DNA of 64,000 nucleotides. It comes from Octopus vulgaris. Lineage: Eukaryota. The translations under genes and the position numbers were made by a program. Below, in pieces: positions 12,191-24,342 of the stretch (positions are counted from its first letter, which is position 1; each line of letters opens with the position of its first letter). The stretch is taken from NCBI GenBank assembly GCA_951406725.2, contig OX597817.1, positions 87,668,001 to 87,732,000 on the forward strand, in the 5' to 3' direction. A model generated the notes under the pieces. That model was not told where the DNA came from. It did not search any database and saw only the letters and a program-made list of their open reading frames with translations.

Positions 12191-13199
12191 TTTTGTGTTT
12201 TTACTTTTTTTTTTTTTGTCTCGTTTTCCTCTTCAGTCTTTTGTAACGAGTCTTCTATCTCGAACCTGTCGCAAGAGAAGGTCACGGAATTGGAGATGTC
12301 TGAGACAGAAGATGGAGGTGAAGTATGATTGCGTAATAATTTCAATAAAAGCGATAGTGGAAGTGACGGTTTCGCTTGGTGGTGTTGCAGTTGGTCCGTA
12401 CATCGTTGAAACGATTATAGTAGCGACGTTGTAGTTGTTGACACTCAATAGTTCCTTCTTACTGCTGCTGCTATTATTTTGCTTCCCTCGGTGTTGTTGG
12501 TGCTCGGCCACTTGTTGTCGTTGTTGTTCCTCCACAGATTGTTGTTGTTGAAATTCAACATTGTTGATGTTGTTGCTTCATAAGTTGCCGTTGTTATCGC
12601 CGCCTCTTTCTTCTCAATGATGTTTATAAAAGTGGTGGTGGTGTCGTCATTGAATTCTTCACAGTTAGAGGGAGAATTTTATTTTAGTGTAAGTGGTGAA
12701 ATGGTGGCTCTCAGGGAAACCTCCTCCCCCGCTATTGCATCACCTCCCACTCCTCTCTCTTGTTGGTCCACATGCAAACACAACATCAGCTTAGTGTTTG
12801 TATTTTGTGTGAATTTTGCAAGTAATTTGTTTCTTGTAGATGTAATTCCAATGAAGCGAGAACAAAAGAACTGACCAGTCCCTTGCAGACAGGGTCAGTT
12901 TCGCAACAAAAGAGAACACACAAATTTAGAAAAACAAATCCCGAAAAGGAGGAACGAACAATAATTGTTTTTCAATTTACGTAACTGTAGAAATACATGG
13001 TATATAGTCCAGAAACAACAACAACAACAACAGCAACACTATCAATAATAATAACGATAATAATAATAATTTCAATAATGACTGAAAGGGGGATTATAAA
13101 ATTGTATTATTATGATAACATAATAGTTTAAGACGGGGATTACATTGCAATCCATATAAGCATCGTTAATAGAAATTAAGTTAGCTACAATTATAGCTT

Positions 13200-15500
13200 T
13201 AAAGAATAACGATCGATACTGATTATGGCTGCCGTCCTTTGAGAAGGCCTTGCTACTTGAGTGAATTTCATCTCAATAGCAAGAAGCAATAAATACCTAC
13301 ATTGCAATTCGTCTTATAAAATGGTACATCATTAAATTCTTTGATATGACTTCAGGAAGTATTTTTCTATTCAATCATCTGTAATCATCGTTTTCTTGAA
13401 AATAAAAAATAATATTTAAAATATCAAATACCTCTTAACTTTTTATAGAAATACAATAAAACATATACATTCTCAATTGTTGGTTGATGCCTGTATATTG
13501 GACTTACTTAGTAATACGAGATACCGTTGTTCGAGTTCTATCTGATAACTTGCTCTTTTGTTGGCGATAAAACAAACATGAAATGTGATTGTCATGTTTT
13601 GCGGAACCGCTAATTTCCTTTTCTTTTGAAGTATACGCTAACATATGTTTTCTCTCTAACACATCCTGAGTTCAAGTCCCTACCCAGTGCACTCCGAGGT
13701 CGATGTAATCAATTATACTCTAGAAGCTGTTTCCTCGCACAGCCACAGTACTAACAATGATAACTGATAAGATAATGTAGTAATGTTGGAATAATAACGT
13801 TGTGATGCCATTTCTTTTCATAATGTAATGCATCACGTGAAAAGCGAGTTCTTTCCTTTACTTGTCACTATTATCATTACTTCTTACGACATTTTATTCA
13901 ACGAATCAAATACTGGTTAACTTCAACGTCCCGAATGAGTAAATGCCATTCCTTCACAATCGGTACTGCATCTTCAGAGTTAAAACATTAGGTTCTGCAC
14001 GTCTGAAAATGTCTTTGCTGTCATTCCAGACCTCAACAAATTCACACTTACAGATTGTATATTTCCTGAAATACTCTAAGTTATCGCAGATTGTGACTGC
14101 TGTGAGGACTTAATGACTTGTCTAAATGATATAAACATTAAACCAATGAATACGACCTCGACTTGTAACTCACAGCAATAGCCAACAGAATTCCTTGATT
14201 AATTTCTTCAAGCTTTGAAAACCCTAAAGAATGCAGCTACAAAGAAATGTCATTAGAACAGTAATAAAAATTTAATAAGGATGTTTTATTTCTGCGATAA
14301 GATATACTACGCACTGGACTTATAAACAACTGTAACACAAACCAAAGTATTAAAGATAGCTGAAAAAGAATGCTAATGTTTATAACAATGATATATTCGT
14401 TAATACTATTATTGCCACAAAAGAGGACGTGCTATTTCCCTGGCTGCTTCTCAAAAGCGATTTATTTTAATGGGAAGTATAAATATGACTGCAGAGAATG
14501 TCCGCCAAGCAATACCATATGTTACAAGTGCGAAAAAAAATGGTAATTTTTCTCGGATGTGCAAATCAGGTAATAAACCAATCTCTAACGAATTAATTTC
14601 TCCAACTTTATCATTTTTTCCCCTTTTAGCTTTATTAGAATATTCTTTATCTCGTGCTTTCATTAATATTACGATTAACAATCCATCAATAAAAGCTTTA
14701 GCTGACAATGATAGCACTGACAATTTTATCCGAATTGATATTGCTGAGTGGAATGTTTTAGTTATGAAACCGTTGAGAAGCAACGTTGTGATGGCATTAG
14801 TAGAGCTTAATTTCCGAATTGTGGGAGTTTGTGAAGCTGTCATTTAACACACTGAATAGTTGTACAAAAAAGACTCATTGTTGCTTAAATACAGTCTCTG
14901 CTTCTACCTCATCTTCTTTCAGTGATATTTGAAGAACCCTGAATCCACTCTAATACTGTTAAATTCTGCCTACCTGAAGATTCAACATGTTACATCTTTC
15001 ACTAATATACGTAAAGCATACTGCCACAACTTTTCCAAGATATTCTGTTGGCGATTCTAAATTCATAGGACGAGAAGTAAAATATCTAATCAAAGAAGTC
15101 ATCATAGGACAGATCTCGGACATAATGACAGAAAAAAGAATACCACTCAGAGATGTACTTTGTCATTGGTTTCCAAATCATAATGATTTTCAGGCGAAGC
15201 AAGCGGTCATATCTGCACATAAAACGAAAATCCCCTCGTTAATTACCTGGCAACCAAGCTTCCTGCGTTCCTGTTTATAGGCCAAGGTATTTTAAGGGGT
15301 AGTATGGTAGAACAGGTCAGTTTCATTTACATTGTAAACCCGTGATAAATTAAAATCCTCAGATCTAATAGATTAATTTGTAACTTTCTTAATAGACTCT
15401 ATTCTGAACGCAAAGATTTACCACAGGTCTTCTTGGTCACAATACTATTTTTCTCAAAAACGCCACACCTACTCAGCACCCACCCTAACATTAGGTCACA
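13200..15500 (-). pseudogene. Highly decayed PIF1-like helicase region (Helitron/Helentron-like)
   Basis: ORF 14451-14843 LSSTNAITTLLLNGFITKTFHSAISI resembles APTGxAAxxIxGxTxHSxxxI; a weak L.LA......QGL-like stretch lies near 13250-13290. Boundaries are approximate. Confidence 0.4.
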
Positions 15501-16490
15501 TGAGCTTTTCAACTCCACAAGATCTCTGGTCAAATTTCACTTGTATACAGTTTCTCCTATGTTTTAATCATGGAAAACGTTCATGTTTTTCTACTCTCTA
15601 CTGTAGAGTTGTAACGGGAATTGTGATGATAATTGTTGGTGTCGGCAGTTACCAATTGTAACGAATGTTGATGTTGTAGATGTGAAAGACGAACAGTGAT
15701 CGAAGTTGTAAACAAACATTTAACCACGACGGGCTGGCATGTATAATGTAATTCGTAAAGCATGTGAAGTAAAGAGAGATATAGTAGATTTTTCTTGCAT
15801 AGGTGTGTTTGTGTTCTCATCATTCTATCAGCAGGGAAAAAGATAGATAGAGTGATGCTGTAGAGAAAGTAAAGTGAGCCAGTAAAAGTGAGGAAGTGGA
15901 GAAGGAAGTTGTACGTATCATAGTAGCTGATATTTCCTTTTTCCCTCTGGCCGTTAGTCTCAAGTGGCTGTCTGCCTGTGTCATCTCTGGTGGTCTCTGC
16001 TCACTAATTTGTTTTAAACAGCACAGACCATGACACAGAAGACAAAACAAAAAAACATTTAGAGGCTGGGGTTATACATTATTTAAAAATCGAATATAAT
16101 AAGATCGGGTGAATTTACACAGTACAACTGACTCTGGCTTTACGGAGTTCTAATATTTATAACTATGCAAAACTAGTTAGAAAAATAGATATATTGCAGA
16201 GAACAATAGATTTCGTTGTTATCTCAATTCAAATTTTTTATGGCTTAGAATTGGTTAGGAGGGTCAAATGGAAAAGACATAAATCGGCTTAGCAAAGCCA
16301 TATGGTAAATGTAACTGCTGTCAACCATTATTTTTCTGTGAGAAAAATGCTGTTGCAATGTCATGGCAAGTTGGTAGATTCCGGTCCGAATCTATTCTAT
16401 GCCTAAATAAAGTCACTACAGAGTCATATTTTCTGCTATCAACACTCTACCTTAAAGAATCCAGTTGCAATTTAAATTTTGGTTAAATAT

Positions 16491-16872
16491 AGGCGCAGGA
16501 GGCCTTGTGGTAAGAAGCATGCTTCCCAGGCACATGGTTCCGGGTTCAGTCCCACTGCGTGGCACCTTGGGCAAGTATCTTCTACTGTAGCCTCGGGCCG
16601 ACTAAAACCTTGTGAATGGATTTAGTAGATGGAAACTGGAAGAAGCCCGTCGTATATATATGTATGTATTTGTGTCTGTGTTCTCCCCACCATTGCGTGA
16701 CAGCCGATGATTGTGTGTTTACATCACCGTAACCTAGCAGTTCGGCAAAAGAGACCGATAGAATAAATACAATGTTTGCAAAGAATAAGTACTGGGGTCG
16801 ATTTTTTCAACTACAGGCGGTGTTCCAGCATGGCCACAGTCAAATAACTGAAACAAGTAAAAGAATAAAAGA
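16491..16872 (+). mobile_element. Full-length tRNA-derived CORE-type SINE (family A)
   Basis: tgtggtaag (A-box-like), gggttcagtccc (B-box-like), CORE-like gcaccttgggcaagtatctt, internal microsatellite, A-rich tail. Many copies in the window. Confidence 0.9.
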
Positions 16873-17119
16873 AAATGGGGTGGGGTGAGAAAGAAAGCAA
16901 TGCTTAGCCATCATTTACAACTGAGTATGACTTGATAACACAGCATGCTTTCGCTTGCTGTTTCAGGTGCCTTTATAGTCGTTAGCGAACACAAACAGTT
17001 TCTTGGCCCTTCCCACTCTTGACCCGGCATCAAGTATATGACAGATGGAGGGAGAAAGATAACTACAGCAATACTGGTCTAGTTCTCATTTCCACCTGAA
17101 AATAATGTGAAATAATGTG

Positions 17120-17228
17120 ACACCACCTTGAAGGGTTTAAAAGAACAAATCGTTCTCGGTATTTTTCTAAATTACGGGGACGTAAACAAACCCACACCGG
17201 TTGTCAAGTGGTGGCTGGGTATAAACAC
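17120..17228 (-). mobile_element. Family A SINE 3' half, separated from its 5' half by the LINE
   Basis: ttacggggacgtaaac...caccggttgtcaagtggtgg matches 10155-10190 and 52477-52522. Confidence 0.8.
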
Positions 17229-19283
17229 GCTCACTATTTGCGTGTTAATGGAAGTGGCCCCATTGGCTACTACCACCTGACTTCTATCCTTCAGGAAGTC
17301 ATGAAGCCATTCTCCCAGTTTTCCAACTATGCTAAGATCACGCAGTTTGTGACATATCATTCCATGATCGACTTTATCAAAGGCCTTTGCAAAGTCGAAA
17401 TATATCACTTCCACGTTTGAGTGGTTGAGCAGTCGTTTCAGCACCCAGTCATAGTGTTGTAGGAGCTGAGTTAAGCAGCTTCTTCCTGGTCGGAAACCAT
17501 GTTTGGGTGTCAGGCAGCAAGTCATTTTCTTCAAGGAAGGTGATCAGTTTCCTTCTGACTATTCGTTCCATGACCTTGCTGATGTATGAGGTCAGAGAGA
17601 TAGGTCTGTAGTTCTTGGCCTCCGCTCTGCTACCTCCTTTATGAATAGGGCATATTTTACCTTCCTTCAGTTTTCTTGGAAGTTTGCCAGTTGCAAGGAA
17701 GCTCTGAAAGAGGAACTGCAGTGGTCTTGCTAGGACTCTCTTACATACTTTTAGGAGGATTACCGGGAATCCATCGGGGCCAGTAGCTGAGTTTGTTTTC
17801 ATTTCATCTATAGCCTTTATTACATCGTCTTCCTTTATATTGATGTAATCAATCATCGCTGCCTCTGATTTTATATCTGCAGTGGTAAAGAAGTCAGTTG
17901 GATTGGTGATTTGGAAATGCCCAAGGGGTGGAGTGAAAACACTCTTGAATTGCTCATTCAGTATTTCACTTACCCTCATTGGATTTCCTGTGAGTGTGCC
18001 ATCCTTTTCAAGGAGTGGCCCTATCCTACAGTGCACCGTAGCTGTTTCTTTGGCATACCTGTAGAAAGCTCTGGAGTTAGATTTTATGTTGTCTATAGCC
18101 CAGGCTTCTTTGTCTGCTCTTTCCTTTTCATGGCAGAGTTGCAGACATTTTTCAATTTCCAACAGTTTTATTTTCAGGCGGGACTTTTCACTGCTTTCAA
18201 TTTGTTTGTTTAGGCGATTTGAAATTTTTGTACGCCGTCTCATTAAAATTTTCCTCTCTCTGGGGATTTTGTTCTTGTGTACAGTGGCCTTTCTCTCTGG
18301 GACACATTTGTAGCATATGGCTTGCATTACAGACATGAATTGTTGAAGTTTCACGTCGATGTCTGGCGAGGAGAGACATTCAGGCCAGTTTTGTTTGAGG
18401 ATCTCTTTCTCAATTTGTTTCCAGTTCGCCTTATGGAAGTTCAAGCTGGAAAGATTCTGAGAGTTTCTTGTAGGCTGCATGTCCATGCTTTCCTTTGACC
18501 CGTACATGGTCAGCTCTACCATGTTGTGATCCGAGAGTAGTGTCGGTGTCACTTTCACATTATGGATGAGATCCATATTATTTGTGAAGCAGAGATCCAG
18601 TGTGTTACCTGCCCTGGTAGGTTGGAGTATTACTTGTTCCATGTACAGGGTGTTGATGAGGTTCAGGAGGGACCTCGCCTATCCTCGTTCACATTGGGTA
18701 GATTGAAGTCTCCCATAAGAAGTACACTTATGTGTTGTTCTAATGTGACTAGAACTTCTATTTTTATAAGGCAGTCTTCAAACTTGTCTACATGGCTTGG
18801 GGCATCTGGAGGGCGATATATAGCACACACAACTACACCAAGTTGCCTTATATGTACAATTAGTGTGTCACACACCGAGTTTGAGTATGACAAAAGGACC
18901 TGGGGTGTGAAGTCCTCACGGATGTACATAGCTACTCCTCCATGACTCCTTTCTTTTCTGTCGGTCCGTAGTACAACATACTGTGGTATGTGTAATTCCG
19001 CATCTGCTATGTCCGGTTTCAGGTGCGTTTCCGTAAGTGCTATGCATAAGGCTTGATTGCATGCAACAAAGTCTCTCAAGAACGGGATTTTTGTCCTGTT
19101 ACTGAGTGTTAGCAGTCCTCTGATGTTCAGTAGGAGCATCGAGGTGAGGTGTATGCTGTTGCCGACGGTGTCCACCTTGGATCTATTTGCTGTGGTAGTC
19201 TTGTATATTGTGGATAGTCCCATCTGCGAGCTTGGGTTTGATGAAGCCAGGTTAGCTGCTGTACAATCTTTTGTGCCATGCAC
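17229..19283 (-). pseudogene. LINE ORF2 (AP endonuclease + reverse transcriptase), frameshifted and truncated
   Basis: LNIRGL, LTETHL, GGVAMYIR, IYRPP, GDFNLP, NTLDL, SDH (APE); GPDG, NYRPISLTS, HGFRPGRSC, DFAKAFDKVDH (RT). Frame breaks near 18690 and 17480. Confidence 0.93.
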
Positions 19284-20029
19284 AAAAAAGATTCTTGTTC
19301 AGCAGCTACCCTTTCAACAACATGTTGGCGGTTTGTGGCACGCACCACATCTGCGTACCTCCGTTTTGGGGCAGGTGGTGCGTGGTCTATCCTTTTTCCT
19401 TTTGTTAGTTGGTTTTTGACCTGTTTCGTGTCTCTGCGGCAGGGTCCCCGATGTGCAAAACGGCAGCCTGCACCTTCCTCTCCATGCCAGCAGGTACCTC
19501 TCAGGTAGAACCTACACACCCGTGTGCGCTGTCTGTTTCCATCCTTTTTGGTATATGGATAGTCAGTTTTGCTTCTATCCTTGGCTGTTTCATTTTTTGG
19601 TTTTGTTTGAGTTTTTCTTTTAGTTTTTCCTCCTTTTATTTCTTTTTTGGGTCTTTCATCTCCATGGCTTTTGGTGCTGGTAGGAGCACTTGCACTTGGG
19701 TTTACTTCCCGGGCAGGTTTCTCACTTGAATCTTCTTCCCGGGTGTCTACCAGGTGGGGGTGACTTCTTTCATCAGCACCCGCGTCTCCATCCTTGCCAT
19801 CTTTACTTTGTTCGTTGTCAAAGATGGCATCAAGCGTGCCAATGTGAGATCTTATAAGTGCATAGGAGCGTATAAACTCCTGCTTCTTCCGCTCTATCTG
19901 AGCTATTGTCCTTTTATACCCACTGCTCTTCAGCGCAGCTGTAATTATATTGTTAGGATTATCTCCGTCGGCGCATTGCCAGGCTCTTACGGACAACGCC
20001 AATTCGTTACGTCTCCAGGTTCTGGACAT
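19127..20029 (-). CDS. LINE ORF1 protein with CCCH-type zinc finger
   Basis: 300-aa ORF containing CRFYLRGTCWHGEEGAGCRFAH; lies directly upstream of and overlaps the APE ORF. Confidence 0.8.
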   Translation of the reverse strand: MSRTWRRNELALSVRAWQCADGDNPNNIITAALKSSGYKRTIAQIERKKQEFIRSYALIRSHIGTLDAIFDNEQSKDGKDGDAGADERSHPHLVDTREEDSSEKPAREVNPSASAPTSTKSHGDERPKKEIKGGKTKRKTQTKPKNETAKDRSKTDYPYTKKDGNRQRTRVCRFYLRGTCWHGEEGAGCRFAHRGPCRRDTKQVKNQLTKGKRIDHAPPAPKRRYADVVRATNRQHVVERVAAEQESFLCMAQKIVQQLTWLHQTQARRWDYPQYTRLPQQIDPRWTPSATAYTSPRCSY

Positions 20030-20782
20030 GTTGGATATTTTATTTACTTATCTATCTAATTATATTTAAAATTTAATAGTGTGATAGAGGGTAGGGAAGA
20101 AATAGAGAAAGAAAGTGACTGTGTATTTAGAGAGATTGAGAGCTGAGAGAAGATAAGAAGAGAGTGAGAGAGGAAAGTTCGTGACTATATATTTAGAAAA
20201 ATTGAGAGGCTGAGAGAGGAAAGATTGTGTGACAGAGAGAAGTGGAGAAGTGAAGAGACGAAGAAAGATTGAACGGCTGAAAGAAGAAAGATGGTGTGAT
20301 AGAGAGAAGTAAAGAGACAGAGGGAGAAAGAAAAGAAAGAGAGGAGGTTACGAAGCTGAAATAAAAATGAAAGATTAAGAAAATGAAAGATTATTAACAG
20401 GAAAGCTGAAATAGAAAATGAAAGATTCTGAAACAGAGACCGAAAGATTATTAAAGTTCGCGTCTATACATATATATGCACATGCATATATACACACATA
20501 TATATATACATATACATGCATATATATACATACATATATATATAGAGAGAGGGAGGAGGTAGAAGAAAGTGAGGAAAAGAAGGAGTTATTTAATTCTAAA
20601 AACTAATTACGAGAAGATAGACATATGAGAACGAAACAGAAATTGAAAGAAAGTTATTCTCAGATTAAGAAAATGAAAGAATATTAACAGGAAAGCTAAA
20701 ATAGAAAATGAAAGATTCTGAAACAGAGACCGAAAGATTATTAAAGTTCGCGTCTATATATATGTATGTATACATATGTATA

Positions 20783-20886
20783 CGACGGTCTTCTTTCAGT
20801 TTCCGTCGACCAAATCAACTCTCAAGGTTCTGGTCAAGACATTTGCCCAAGGTGCCGCCACACAGTGGAACTGAGCCCGGAACCCC
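20783..20886 (-). mobile_element. Family A SINE 5' half
   Basis: cgacggtcttctttcagtttccgtc...ttgcccaaggtgcc...agtggaactgagcccggaacc. Confidence 0.8.
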
Positions 20887-21751
20887 GGTTGAAGGAACCA
20901 TACAGATAATGCATTCAATACTGACATTGCTTTTCGTATTTGATGACCTTCCCATTTTAAGGTCGTAGGATATGATTTATAGTAACTGTAAGAGGTTTGT
21001 CTACCATGTAGTCTCCGTTACATGTTGTTCTTAAACCCTGGGTTAAGTTTGATTTTGCAAACCTACAATAAAAGGCGTTCAAACGGTGATCATACTGTCT
21101 TTTTGTCTATCAGCAAATACATTGTCCAGTGTGATCTTCCTTTTTCAGACCCAAAGCTGCAGTAGTTGAGGGAGGTTTGGCTGCTATTTCTACCTATTCC
21201 GCTGAGATATTGTGCTGTTGCTAGATTCAGATAAGGCTTGATCAAGCAATCTTCTGATAACAAGTGATCCAACCATAAACATCACGTATATACTGTTATA
21301 GTACCTGATGTATTTTTCTAAGGCATTTGGTAGGATACTTACTCATATAGCAGGGAATACATAACCCAATGTGACCTTCTTTTTTAAGACTGCAGTTACG
21401 TGAATTGAGAAAAACTTGGTTGCTGTTTCTATTCGCTTAGCGGACATTGTATGTAATTAAAGAGAGATAAGACAACATATCTCGCAACTTGAACAACTGC
21501 TCGGAGACTGTTTAGCCTGAACGTTCTGATCGAGTAGACATATTATAAGTGGCGTTCCAACCATGACTATACAGTCCGTTTGTATATCAAGACTGCGTTA
21601 TTCTATGTGTAATCTCATTTTAAAGACTGTAGTATGTGGTCTGAGTGAAATGTGGCTGGTATTCTTAATATTTTGAGAAGCAGCTCAACACACATACTCA
21701 TTCGTAAAATATGCTTGTGCGTGCATTTAAATGTACTTACATATATACTTA

Positions 21752-22143
21752 CGAGCAAAACGCCCCCGTTCAATGGACGGTTCTGAGTTGTCAAACATTT
21801 AAACCAAATTTTCTCAAAACAACTTGTCCGACCGTCCCATAGACCACCCTTTTGAGAAACACTGATTTAACCTAAATTTGAGACACTAGAAAAAGAAGAG
21901 ATAAAGATATCGATCGCAGCAGTTGATGTACTTGCGCGTACTTGTACAAATGCACGTTCCCATGGCTTTAGCGATCGCATTCTCACCTGGAATTGACTTT
22001 TATAATTCTTTCAAGATTTATATATTCCCTGATACCGTCGGTATCTATATATCAAATTTGAGCGCAATCGGATGGAGGATGCCCGAGATCCTAGCAGACA
22101 CACACACACACACACAGACAGTCAGAACAATATATTTAATAGA
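21752..22143 (-). mobile_element. Short non-autonomous Helitron with variant CTCG 3' end
   Basis: Minus strand starts TCtattaaatat...ctgtctgtgtgtg and ends with hairpin ccgtccattgaacgg then ...gCTCG|t. Confidence 0.65.
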
Positions 22144-22154
22144 TATCTTGAGGG

Positions 22155-22155
22155 T

Positions 22156-22187
<32 letters not shown>

Positions 22188-22515
22188 AAGAGAGTGAGAG
22201 AGAGAGGGGAAGAGAAAGAAAGAGGGGAAGAGAAAGAAAATGAATAAGCAAGCAAGCAAAAAAGGGAAGAGAGAAAGAAGAAGTAAATATCTTAGCGAGA
22301 GAAGCAACATTCATTAGATATATCGGTAAAAACTGGAAACTACATGAAAAAAAAATGTTGTAACAAACTGTGTAGGTGGGCGTATTTGCCTGTCTTTACA
22401 AGTATATGTATGCTTGTATGTATGCATATATGTGTGTCTGTGCTTGCACTTGTATAATATAGGTATATGCATACATGTCTACATACATACATACATACAT
22501 ACATACATACATACA

Positions 22516-22549
<34 letters not shown>

Positions 22550-22753
22550 CATACATACGTTCGCACATATGTACATACTTATACTGCTAAAACAAACACA
22601 CACAAATACATGCACAGCGACTCATTCAACGGAAAAACTGAAGGATATTCGAAATGTTAACGTTTGCTACAGGCTTCTGTGTATATGTCATATTGGTATA
22701 TTTCTGATTATAAATTATATAAATACAAATACACACGTACACGCACACACATT

Positions 22754-22799
<46 letters not shown>

Positions 22800-22843
22800 T
22801 ATATACATACATACATACATACATACACAAATACATACATACA

Positions 22844-22879
<36 letters not shown>

Positions 22880-23010
22880 CATACATGCGCATATACATAC
22901 ATACGTATAAACATACATATATGATATACATATATTTATAATTTATAAACGTACATGTACATTAACCCCCCCACACACACACACACACACGCACAAACAT
23001 ACACATATAT
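22155..23010. repeat. Cluster of (GA)n, (ACAT)n, (AT)n and (CA)n microsatellites
   Basis: Directly visible. Confidence 0.9.
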
Positions 23011-24028
23011 TTCATGCACAATACAGCGTACAGCAGAAGTGAACGATATTTAAATAATGGCAAAGCATTATTGTGGGTTAAATAAGAATGTAAACACATT
23101 TTATGCTACTGAAGAGTGGAAGAAAATGAGTCTTCCGGGTGACCGTTTCACAGTTTCATGAGTGCTCCTCAGAGAAGACGTAACATTATTATATTACTAC
23201 TACTACTACTACTACTACTACTACGGCCGGTCAGCCTATTACCGCAACCAGTCACAGTACGCTGACTGAAATATAAGAGAGACCAATCTGAAATCAGTCT
23301 GCTGCGCCACTCACTTCTAGTGTCAGACGCTGAAGAGGAGATAAACATTCCAAAATGCATGCAACCATCAGTCTGGCAGAGGGTTGCTTCGGACTGATTC
23401 AGTGTATTTACACTTATTTGTCTTCAGTGAGAAATTTTCTCCATGACAAAATACAGTAGATGACTTTCTTACGGTTTCGAATATGTCTCAAGGATATTTG
23501 AATTGGTATGAGGTCTATATTTACACATATCGTCATTTCTACAATTGCTTAGCGCTTCTACTCCGTATAAATGTCTTCTTGTTACACAAGCATGACCATT
23601 GCTGACAAATGTTAAATATCAGCCATGCAAGTGCAAGAGTTTTAAGTCAAGTACAGCTTTCACAACACCATGACAATATCACTGGCAATACCAAGAAGCC
23701 CAAACCCAAGCAAAGTGTAAGATATCCGGCTCAATAGAGCAGCAGGTTTTTTAGTTAGTCTTCTCCTAGAGTAATATCTTGACAAAGACTAGAGGTCCCT
23801 CTCAAACACACGCACACGCACGCATACACACACACACAATACGCGCGCGCGCACATATGAAAATAATACATATTCATGTGCATGGCAAGAAGTTGAACGT
23901 AATGTGCAGAAGTGACTTAAGTCTTTTCCGTGGTTTTCGTAGAGGAAACTAATGCTACTAAGACGTGACTAAGTTATATAAACACTCACAATCACACGCA
24001 CAGACATATGCACACAGGCACACACACA

Positions 24029-24069
<41 letters not shown>

Positions 24070-24342
24070 CACATACACACACTAATACATGCTTATAAAT
24101 ATACGTGAATATTTGTGTGTATCTGTGTTAGAGATATTTTCAGTTTTCACTTATATTTATACATGTATGTATGTATGTATGTATGTATATTCACAAAGAG
24201 AGAGAAAGAGAGAACGAGAGAGAAGGGGGCAGACAGACGGATGGATGGATAAATAGTCATATAGATTTATCTGTGTAAGTACAGTGTACGTGCAGGTACA
24301 TTAGCAATAAATTACTTTTTAAGCAATTTATACACACACACA

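Larger units (their letters stand above)
17229..20755 (-). mobile_element. CR1-group (APE-type) LINE, 5' end present, 3' end truncated
   Basis: CT-rich 5'UTR, ORF1, APE, and RT broken off just before the GVPQG motif. Confidence 0.9.

Noticed and set aside
12200-12800. Gln/Asn/Thr-rich minus-strand ORFs as a host exon
   Set aside because: The frames checked are interrupted by stops, no domain is recognisable and no clear splice pair was found.
17882-19729. Plus-strand ORFs over the LINE (likewise within 30637-32604)
   Set aside because: Antisense shadows of retrotransposon coding sequence.
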